Part shown: positions 1 through 7,572 of the stretch, one piece after another
Numbering within the stretch: the first letter of the stretch is position 1
How the letters are laid out: each line of letters begins with the position of its first letter
IMG/VR virus record: IMGVR_UViG_3300005096_000103
Coordinates: 64,001 to 128,000 of that record
Source: a virus
Reading direction: 5' to 3' (one strand)
Length of the DNA stretch: 64,000 nucleotides
Translations under genes and position numbers: made by a program
The notes under the pieces: generated by a model
Told to the model about the DNA's origin: nothing
What the model saw: the letters and a program-made list of their open reading frames with translations, nothing else
Databases searched by the model: none

Positions 1-340
1 CAAAGTCACGCATATTTCTACGGACTTCGACAGCTAGTTTATGTGCGTCGTATCCATAAGTAGACACGTTATCACATATAGTCCGCAGAACCTCTTTAGG
101 GAGTTCACTCGCTTGTTTGACCGCGTACATCCACGACATGACCGCGTCGTCACAGGTGTGCACGGGGAACAGCTGCTTATCTGGCCAAGCGTATACAGGC
201 TTAGCTCGTGACAATTTAGTTAAGGGATTCTTAGGATCAAATTGTCTAGCAAGATCAGCCCTAAAAGCCTGTGCGTTATCAGCTCCTGCTATCTCTGCCA
301 GAGTGGCTAGATCCGGGTCACTAACGTGGTCATAGAACAT
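1..340 (-). CDS. Conserved hypothetical phage protein, N-terminal part (runs off the left edge)
   Basis: Not in the ORF track. ATG at 340 with GGAG 8 nt upstream; open to position 1: MFYDHVSDPDLATL...YAWPDKQLFPVHTCDDAVMSWMYAVKQAS... Confidence 0.75.
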   Translation of the reverse strand, partial: MFYDHVSDPDLATLAEIAGADNAQAFRADLARQFDPKNPLTKLSRAKPVYAWPDKQLFPVHTCDDAVMSWMYAVKQASELPKEVLRTICDNVSTYGYDAHKLAVEVRRNMRDF

Positions 341-416
341 TCTCTGTCTCCGGGATTAGGTACTCAAGTATCTAAAAGACACAACAATGTAGAGTTTAAC
401 ATATGAGAGGTACTAG

Positions 417-2060
417 GTGAATATATCAACTGAGGAAAAACTACATAGACTCTGGGGTACGATGGCGGATGCCCATCTGATCTACTCCGCGAATACCAAC
501 TCTGCCCTACAGGTAGAGGTTGGACTCGCTTATGGTATCCTACGGCAGTGTACCCATGTTTACCGTAGAGGCTATCCTGCACCAATGTCAGTGGGTTTCC
601 ACAATACCGGATACACGCTCACAGTGAACCTCGACTTTGTAGACGCAGTGACTGACTATAAGGACTTCTGGACTGTAGCAGTACACGAAGCACTCCACAT
701 CCTGAAAGGCGATCTTAGCCGTATGGTGAAACTACGCAGGACCTTTAGTAAAGATGTCGAGGCCTATAATGCACTGAGTATGATCTCCGCTGACCTGGAT
801 GTCAACTCAGTCTTGATAGGTATCCTCCCCACAAAGTTTCCTTCTAAATCGCTCGTCGTAAGTGTGGGCGGTGAGCCTGTCGTACCTGACGCTTACAGCG
901 TACATCCTAACCTCGCATACGAGAAGTACTTTCACCAACTGGCTAGCGAGCTTACGGAGGAAGATATACGGAATCTAACCCGTAACTATAGAATGATGAC
1001 GGGATCAGCTAGCGGTGGAGGCGGTCCAGATGGTGAGACTGAGGATGGGGGAGAGGAGGGTACGAGTCCAAAGGGAGAGGGTACGAGTCCAGGTCCTGGA
1101 GAGGAAGGGGGTGGACAGGCTGTAGGATCTGGTAGTGATGATAAGAGATCAAAGAGCTATAATAAAGCCGATAAAATCTGGCATCAGTCTGCTAAAGATT
1201 TTGAAGACCTCCCACCTAAAGACAAGGATGTCATAGCTGATATACTAGATCAGAAGAGAAACGAGGTAGTGATAAACGCGATAGAGTCGACAAAAGGATC
1301 TCGTCAACGAGGGACTATGCCCTCACACTACAAAGTGTTCCTCGATTATATTAATAGTGACACTGGTACAAAATGGGACGAGCTACTCGCTAGGATAGTT
1401 ACAGGTACTCTAACTGCAACATCAAAGAAGGTATACTCTCGCCCAAAGCGTTCCCGCTACTTCTATACGTTTGACGATGACAACACCTCGACACATGACG
1501 ACGTGATACAGGAGATACATACGCGCTTCCCGGGGGTGAAGGCGAATAAAGACTTCTCTATACTCGTTGCTGTAGACACCTCTGGGTCTATGGATACAAA
1601 ATCGCTACGTGCAGCGTTAAACGCGGTAGGGAGTATCCGTAAATCCGTGAGTACCGACATCACAATAATACAGTGTGATACTAGCATCTCAGATGTGTAC
1701 AAGCTTACGAATGACGATACAGTCGAAAAGTACATAAAGAAAGTTAGCTTAACATCCAGAGGCGGTACAGACTTTCTTAGCCCAATTCAGATGGCTAAGC
1801 ATACTTTCACAAAGCGTACCGAAGACCTACCTAAGATGTCTGAGGAGAATAAGCGTAAGGCTATCGAGATCGTAAAAGCTGACATACTGATCTATATCAC
1901 AGATGGTTACGCCCCACTGCCTGCCCGTAGCGATAGCCCTCCTTGCCAGGTTCTCTGGCTACTTACCAAACTAGGCAAGAGCCCTGAGTTAATGGAGGAG
2001 CAGATAAACTTTGGACTCGTGATGGCTATGGGCGTTAACGGCCGCGTTGGGGGAACGTAG
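417..2060 (+). CDS. vWA domain protein with N-terminal HExxH metallopeptidase-like domain (DUF2201-type)
   Basis: VHEALH motif, Gly/Glu-rich linker, MIDAS motif VAVDTSGSMD, IQCDT, GGTDF, IYITDG. Confidence 0.85.
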   Translation: MNISTEEKLHRLWGTMADAHLIYSANTNSALQVEVGLAYGILRQCTHVYRRGYPAPMSVGFHNTGYTLTVNLDFVDAVTDYKDFWTVAVHEALHILKGDLSRMVKLRRTFSKDVEAYNALSMISADLDVNSVLIGILPTKFPSKSLVVSVGGEPVVPDAYSVHPNLAYEKYFHQLASELTEEDIRNLTRNYRMMTGSASGGGGPDGETEDGGEEGTSPKGEGTSPGPGEEGGGQAVGSGSDDKRSKSYNKADKIWHQSAKDFEDLPPKDKDVIADILDQKRNEVVINAIESTKGSRQRGTMPSHYKVFLDYINSDTGTKWDELLARIVTGTLTATSKKVYSRPKRSRYFYTFDDDNTSTHDDVIQEIHTRFPGVKANKDFSILVAVDTSGSMDTKSLRAALNAVGSIRKSVSTDITIIQCDTSISDVYKLTNDDTVEKYIKKVSLTSRGGTDFLSPIQMAKHTFTKRTEDLPKMSEENKRKAIEIVKADILIYITDGYAPLPARSDSPPCQVLWLLTKLGKSPELMEEQINFGLVMAMGVNGRVGGT

Positions 2061-2106
2061 TATGCCTAAGCCGGGGAACGTAGTATGCCTAGGCTGGGGG
2101 AACGTA
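2050..2106. repeat. Tandem repeat, 23-24 bp unit, about 2.4 copies, between convergent genes
   Basis: GGGGAACGTAGTATGCCTA(A/G)GC units at 2050, 2073 and 2097; contains both stop codons. Confidence 0.9.
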
Positions 2107-3147
2107 ATCAGGGCAGAGCGATACAACTGCAGCTAGAGCAGCGTCTCTAAGTACAATCTGACCCGCCAAAGTCTGGTTGGCTGCACCTAATGACTCTTGG
2201 CAGTCAGACAGAGAGGTCACTGCGTTAGGAACGAGAGTACCAGTGAGCAAGTCTAGGCGTGTAGTAATCGTTAGTAACTGCGCGTCTAGGCGCCTAGACT
2301 TGTCTCGTAGCCCAGTCGTTGAGGCTTTGGCAGCCTGCTCCTTTATCGCAAAGTCTCTCAGTAACCCAGGGACTGTTCCTTCGTCTGCCTCCCCTGCAGC
2401 GGTAGGGTCAGGATCCCACATATACCCTAAGGTCGATGAAGCTGTAGACTTTATCTCACCAGCAATCTTATCACTTGTCACAGCTACAGTAGCCGCGTTA
2501 ACACTATCCGCGAATAGTTCTCCTGAACTGAAAAGGTCAGACCAAGTGCTAAGGCTCGCGGTTAACATCCCTGACAGGCCTGCTAGGGTATCAGACGTTA
2601 ACTGCAACGAGTCTCTTTCACTTGTCAAGTTATTGAGTACTACGGCTAGAGCGTCGCACTCCTTAACTTTAGCTGCGATGATAGCTTCTTGCGAAGTTAC
2701 AGTGTCTGCAGAAGTTAGATACTCTGCCTTAGACGCTTCGATTATAGAGTCAGCAAACAAGGGGAAAGCTGTGAGTTCAGTTCCCGTGAATCCAGATAAG
2801 TATAATGCATACTGCTCAACTAGAGAGTTGACGTAATCTTTGACTAGTTCTTTTGCAGTATTTGCTACACGTACGTTCGAGTATTCTTTAGTAAATGTTG
2901 CACTCCTGTAGAACCCAGAACCTTTAACAGTTGCTAATACTCTATCTCGCTCGATATCTACGTAGTCTGACACAGTAGAGACGCGGGAGTAAACATCTAA
3001 GGAGGGGTAAGCTTTGTTCACAATCTGGTAAACGAACACTCCGTCATCAGGTAAATCCCCTCTGTCCTGCACAGACGCAGTAATACGGTATAGCGCCTGA
3101 GCGTCTACACTGTAAACGTAGGGTGTGAAAAGCACATCTGTCGGCAT
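2089..3147 (-). CDS. Hypothetical (probable virion) protein with coiled-coil C-terminus
   Basis: 352 aa ORF; N-terminal domain resembles the upstream 3164-3526 protein; heptad-like C-terminal half. Confidence 0.75.
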   Translation of the reverse strand: MPTDVLFTPYVYSVDAQALYRITASVQDRGDLPDDGVFVYQIVNKAYPSLDVYSRVSTVSDYVDIERDRVLATVKGSGFYRSATFTKEYSNVRVANTAKELVKDYVNSLVEQYALYLSGFTGTELTAFPLFADSIIEASKAEYLTSADTVTSQEAIIAAKVKECDALAVVLNNLTSERDSLQLTSDTLAGLSGMLTASLSTWSDLFSSGELFADSVNAATVAVTSDKIAGEIKSTASSTLGYMWDPDPTAAGEADEGTVPGLLRDFAIKEQAAKASTTGLRDKSRRLDAQLLTITTRLDLLTGTLVPNAVTSLSDCQESLGAANQTLAGQIVLRDAALAAVVSLCPDYVPPA

Positions 3148-3163
3148 ACTAGACTCCAGAAGA

Positions 3164-3526
3164 TTAAGGGTACGTGTATAGTCTAGTCCCGTTGAAACTA
3201 TCTAGGACAGCTTGGTAATCCACGACCAACTTTGCGACTGCAGCTTCAACGAGTGCAATAGCTTGATTAGCTAGGTCTATAGATATATACTTAGCAGAGA
3301 TCGTGTTGACCCTATAGTGGGTAGCCGTATTGATACTCCGAGTCGTAGGGAACGTGAAATCAGCGACATTCACAATTCGAACGAATTTCTCCTTTGAAGC
3401 TAGCTTAAGAAATACCTGAGAGTCTATCTCGACATTCGCGGTTACCAACCAAGTCACCTGGTATTCTACGACACCGTCTACGAGAACAGGCAACTTAGTT
3501 TCACTTACTGTAAGGCTGACTGCCAT
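3164..3526 (-). CDS. Hypothetical protein, paralog of the N-domain of 2089-3147
   Basis: ATG at 3526 with AGGA 7 nt upstream; shared F-x-R...V-x-D, YR, AN-x-A, LV-x-x-Y...F-x-G pattern. Confidence 0.75.
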   Translation of the reverse strand: MAVSLTVSETKLPVLVDGVVEYQVTWLVTANVEIDSQVFLKLASKEKFVRIVNVADFTFPTTRSINTATHYRVNTISAKYISIDLANQAIALVEAAVAKLVVDYQAVLDSFNGTRLYTYP

Positions 3527-4114
3527 ATGCACTTCCTAGGAATAGACTCGTCAATCAACGGGACGGGCCTACATATAATAGACGTAAAGGGCAAGAGCGT
3601 CTACTTCAAATGCGTCCTAATCAAGTCTTCAAACCCTCTAAGGAAAAAAGGCTTCGGAGGTCAGAGGCTAAAGCTCATCTACGATAACGCCACAGCTACT
3701 ATTACTGATTACCTACCTGAATTCGCAGTCCTAGAGCAAGGTGCTTTCAGCGCAAATAGCCAGCACCATAAACTCGGTAAAGCTATGGGTGTATGTGAGC
3801 TAGCACTAGCTATAGAGTCAGTACCCTACGCTTACGTTGAGCCCTCTAGGCTTAAGAAAATGATCACAGGAAAAGGCCGCGCAGACAAGAAAGAACTCCT
3901 AGAGTATATGTACACGTTCTCCGGGATAGTCCGTGGAACTAAGGGTGTGACTCTAGATGTAAGTGACGCATACGCGCTAGCTCGCGTCGCAAGATTTGTG
4001 TACCTACATCACAACAATCCTACCCTACTCTACTCAAGACTCCCTAAAGGTAAGCGGGGACCTACAGCCTACCAACAAGGTGTCTTAGACACTATTGTCC
4101 TCAACAACCCATAA
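3527..4114 (+). CDS. ruvC: RuvC-like Holliday junction resolvase
   Basis: FLGIDSS, AVLEQ, VEPSRLKKMITGKGRADK, DVSDAYALA catalytic pattern. Confidence 0.85.
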   Translation: MHFLGIDSSINGTGLHIIDVKGKSVYFKCVLIKSSNPLRKKGFGGQRLKLIYDNATATITDYLPEFAVLEQGAFSANSQHHKLGKAMGVCELALAIESVPYAYVEPSRLKKMITGKGRADKKELLEYMYTFSGIVRGTKGVTLDVSDAYALARVARFVYLHHNNPTLLYSRLPKGKRGPTAYQQGVLDTIVLNNP

Positions 4115-4130
4115 CCTAAGGATTCTATAA

Positions 4131-7100
4131 ATGATATCAAGACCTCTAGAGTATTTGCCTAGATTCGTTGATGAAGACCCTAAGAAATCAAAAAACTTTG
4201 ACTCAGAGCTCTTAGACGTAGATGGTAACACCCTCTTTAAGCAGGAGGGAATCATAGCTCCAGCTAATTGGAGTCAGCTCTCTGTAGACATTTTTGCACA
4301 AAAGTATTTTAGGCGCTCAGGTGTACCTCTAGAGACAACCGTAGTCACTAGCGAAGGATTACCGGTCTGGATATCTCGTAGGGTAGCAGCCCAGTATACT
4401 GCTTTTGGAGGTGAGAGTAGCGTATACAAGGTGGTCCGCCGGCTAGCAGGTGGTTGGGTAAATTATATCTACAAGCAGGCTTTACTGGCAGATACCAAGC
4501 TAAACAACCATCATGTGAATCTTGATAACCCTTATAAGCTACAGGAAGCCTTAACTATTCTAGATGAGTCTATGGAAAGCCTGTTCTGGGATATACAGAA
4601 CTCTATGCTACAGCAATGCTGGGCACCGAATTCTCCCCAGTGGTTTAATACAGGGCTCTACTGGGCGTACGGTATCACAGGTGAAGCTAGTGGACACTGG
4701 CATGAGGCACCTAAAGGTTCTAAAAGCGTAGTAGTCGAGAGTGTTGACAGCTACTCACGACCGCAGTGTCACGCATGTTTTATCCAGGAGGTCGAGGATA
4801 CTCTGCTCGGAGATCACGGGATCATGGACCTAGTTGTTAGAGAGGCACGTCTCTTTAAGCTAGGGAGTGGTAGTGGCGCAAACTACTCTAATATCCGAGA
4901 GAAGGGCGCGCCACTATCCGGCGGTGGAGTGTCTTCAGGGCTATCGTCGTTCCTTGAGATCCCTGACGTAGCTGCAGGTGCGATTAAATCCGGAGGGACT
5001 ACCCGACGTGCGGCTCGTATGGTCTCACTCGACTTAAATCACCCCGAGTCTCAACAATTCATCTCCTGGAAAGCTACTGAAGAAGATAAGGCGATGTGCC
5101 TCGCACTAGGATCTAAAGTCTACAGAGAATCCATACGCGCAGTCTACCGAGAGCATACGGATCTCGGGTTCTTAACAGCTAGAGAAAAACAAGTTCTAGC
5201 AGATATAGATCCTAAGGTCCTACATCGTGCTACCCAGGCGCTGAAAACAGGTATCCCACTGAGCAGCTTACTACCTCCTGCTATAGACCTTGGATGGGAA
5301 GGTACAGCGTACAAAACCATCTCAGGTCAAAATGCGAATAACTCGATCCGTATCACCGACGAGTTCATGGATACTCTTCTGGCAGACACTGAGAATCCTG
5401 CAGACTTTAAGTTCACCTCCAGAGTCGGAGGTCGGGAGGCTGTAGAGACAAAATCGCATAAAGCTATCTGGGACGACTTGGTAAAGTCGGCATGGCTTTG
5501 TGGAGACCCTGGTATCCAATTCCACGATACAACAAACCGTGCGAACACTTGTCTGCATAGCGGTACTATTCGCGCCAGCAATCCTTGTAGCGAGTACCTA
5601 TGGTTCGCCGACACCGCATGCAACCTAGCTAGTATAAACCTGATGAAATGCCTAGAGAAGGACCATACAGGAGTCTACTGTTTCTTTACGGAGAAACTAC
5701 AAAATCTTGTAAGGATGATTGTACGCGTCCTAGACGCTACAGTTTCATACGCTCAGTACCCCTATGAGAGTATGGCGTCCGAAAGTCTTAAGTATCGTAC
5801 GATAGGTATTGGAGTATCTAATCTCGGAGCACTCCTCATAACGCTCGGTATACCCTATGGGTCTAAGGAGGGTCGTGATCTAGCAGCAGCAATCATGTCT
5901 ATAATCCAGGGTACCGCGTGCCTTGAAAGTATGAGTCTCGCTGCGGAACTAGGTAGCTTCCCTGCATTCGAGTTTAATAAGGATGCGTACCTAGAAGTAC
6001 TTGAGCAAACCTACACAGACACGTTTAACCTAGTTGTTAATACGTCTATATTTCCAGGGTACTCATCACGGGACATCTACCTTAAAGCTAGAGAAGTGTG
6101 GACCGACGTACACACTGCAATGCATCGAGACGACTTTGCTATGCGCAACGCACAGCTAACAGCTATTGCGCCCACGGGGACTATATCTCTGATCATGGGT
6201 TGCTCGACAAGTTCTATCGAGCCTGGCTACAGCTTAGTCACAAGTAAGAAACTGGCAGGAGGCGGCGAGATCATAACAGAAGCTTCAGACGAAGTTAAAA
6301 ACTATATCTCTGACATTATGCTAGATACCCAAACGGCTGATGACATTATTGAGCAGATCAACGACGGTGTGCCTATCTGTGACGTCGTTGGGTTAGAAGG
6401 TCATAACTACGCCAACGACGTCTTAGCTTGCGCTCTAGACATAACACCAACTAACCATATCCTAATGTGCGCTGCAATTCAGCCATTCGTTAGTGGAGGT
6501 ATCTCAAAGACTATCAACATGCCAAGCAACGCTACGCTACGGCAGGTTGGGGAAGCATTCAAATTAGCGTATCGCGAGGGTCTTAAGAGTATTACAGTGT
6601 ATCGTGATGGTTCTAAGTTCTCTCAGCCCCTAACGTCGTTAGTTGAGACTGTAGTGCCTGCTACAAAGGGTGTTCCAGTTGTTACATCAGGAGTACCTGT
6701 TACAGAAGCTAGGCTCTCAGCGTTGTCTACATCAAAGGAGCCTGCACCTAAGATGCCTCTACCCGCAGTTCGAGTAAGGCTCCCAAATGTCAGAGAAGGT
6801 GTAACGCACAAAATTACAACAGGAGGTATGACATTCTATCTCAGGACAGGAGTCTATGAGGATGGCTCACTGGGGGAGATTTTCCTCTCTACTGCAAAGT
6901 CTGGGTCTACATTCCGCGGAATTCTAGATGCCTTTGCTTGGTCTATCAGCGTTGGACTCCAGTACGGTATACCGCTGTCAGTTTACGCTGCGTCTTTCAC
7001 TGGTACGCTATTTGAACCTAATGGTTTTATTGCAGATCACCCCGACGTTAAGATGTGTGGCTCAATACTCGACGCGATATTCAAGATACTGGTGAAGCAT

Positions 7101-7235
7101 TATGATGGTAGACATACTGAAACTCAAGATAAGTTCACTGGAGAGCCTTGTTCAACTTGTGGTCACTTTAAGCTCGTATCCAACGGATCCTGTAAGATCT
7201 GTAGGAACTGTGGGACAACGACAGGGTGTTCGTAG
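4131..7235 (+). CDS. nrdJ: Class II (adenosylcobalamin-dependent) ribonucleotide reductase with C-terminal TSCPD-like and Zn-ribbon domains
   Basis: PNSPQWFNTG, CHACFI, AIKSGGTTRRAA, ASNPCSEY, IAPTGTISL, GGISKTINMP, YRDGSK, terminal CxxC..CxxC. Confidence 0.95.
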   Translation: MISRPLEYLPRFVDEDPKKSKNFDSELLDVDGNTLFKQEGIIAPANWSQLSVDIFAQKYFRRSGVPLETTVVTSEGLPVWISRRVAAQYTAFGGESSVYKVVRRLAGGWVNYIYKQALLADTKLNNHHVNLDNPYKLQEALTILDESMESLFWDIQNSMLQQCWAPNSPQWFNTGLYWAYGITGEASGHWHEAPKGSKSVVVESVDSYSRPQCHACFIQEVEDTLLGDHGIMDLVVREARLFKLGSGSGANYSNIREKGAPLSGGGVSSGLSSFLEIPDVAAGAIKSGGTTRRAARMVSLDLNHPESQQFISWKATEEDKAMCLALGSKVYRESIRAVYREHTDLGFLTAREKQVLADIDPKVLHRATQALKTGIPLSSLLPPAIDLGWEGTAYKTISGQNANNSIRITDEFMDTLLADTENPADFKFTSRVGGREAVETKSHKAIWDDLVKSAWLCGDPGIQFHDTTNRANTCLHSGTIRASNPCSEYLWFADTACNLASINLMKCLEKDHTGVYCFFTEKLQNLVRMIVRVLDATVSYAQYPYESMASESLKYRTIGIGVSNLGALLITLGIPYGSKEGRDLAAAIMSIIQGTACLESMSLAAELGSFPAFEFNKDAYLEVLEQTYTDTFNLVVNTSIFPGYSSRDIYLKAREVWTDVHTAMHRDDFAMRNAQLTAIAPTGTISLIMGCSTSSIEPGYSLVTSKKLAGGGEIITEASDEVKNYISDIMLDTQTADDIIEQINDGVPICDVVGLEGHNYANDVLACALDITPTNHILMCAAIQPFVSGGISKTINMPSNATLRQVGEAFKLAYREGLKSITVYRDGSKFSQPLTSLVETVVPATKGVPVVTSGVPVTEARLSALSTSKEPAPKMPLPAVRVRLPNVREGVTHKITTGGMTFYLRTGVYEDGSLGEIFLSTAKSGSTFRGILDAFAWSISVGLQYGIPLSVYAASFTGTLFEPNGFIADHPDVKMCGSILDAIFKILVKHYDGRHTETQDKFTGEPCSTCGHFKLVSNGSCKICRNCGTTTGCS

Positions 7236-7253
7236 AGCGTGGAGATAACTATT

Positions 7254-7481
7254 ATGCAGAGTAAACCAGATAAAGAAGGGCGTCGTGTTTATACTACTAC
7301 GGACGGTTGGGTCATAGGTGTCAGATGCCAGAAATACCATAGTCTAAGCCACAAATACTCTCGTCTACCTAAGCAGGGACTCTCCTGTATTGGATGTAGA
7401 AGCATGGCCCACGACCATATCGCTAGGTTTGAAAGCTTAGATGCTGCTAAAACTGCAGAAAACCAATTCGCTGACTCGTAG
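7254..7481 (+). CDS. Small hypothetical protein
   Basis: ATG 7254 with GGAG 9 nt upstream; follows nrdJ. Confidence 0.6.
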   Translation: MQSKPDKEGRRVYTTTDGWVIGVRCQKYHSLSHKYSRLPKQGLSCIGCRSMAHDHIARFESLDAAKTAENQFADS

Positions 7482-7516
7482 AAACACGTACTCTAAGGTA
7501 TACTAGGTGAGACAAC

Positions 7517-7550
7517 GAGGGTGGTTTAGAATGCCACCCTCTTTTTCTTT
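7517..7550 (+). terminator. Rho-independent terminator
   Basis: GAGGGTGG / CCACCCTC 8 bp stem followed by TTTTTCTTT. Confidence 0.8.
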
Positions 7551-7572
7551 AGCTTAGAGTGCGAGGCGACCT

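Noticed and set aside
117-335. 72 aa plus-strand ORF
   Set aside because: Antisense shadow of the SD-led minus-strand gene starting at 340
2177-2836. 219 aa plus-strand ORF
   Set aside because: Fully antisense to 2089-3147, Ser/Val/Arg-rich shadow composition and no SD; the same applies to most nested antisense ORFs in the track
4131-7235. Intein or group I intron in nrdJ
   Set aside because: The ORF is continuous; no intein splice-junction or LAGLIDADG motifs, and the extra length is explained by the known insertion and C-terminal domains
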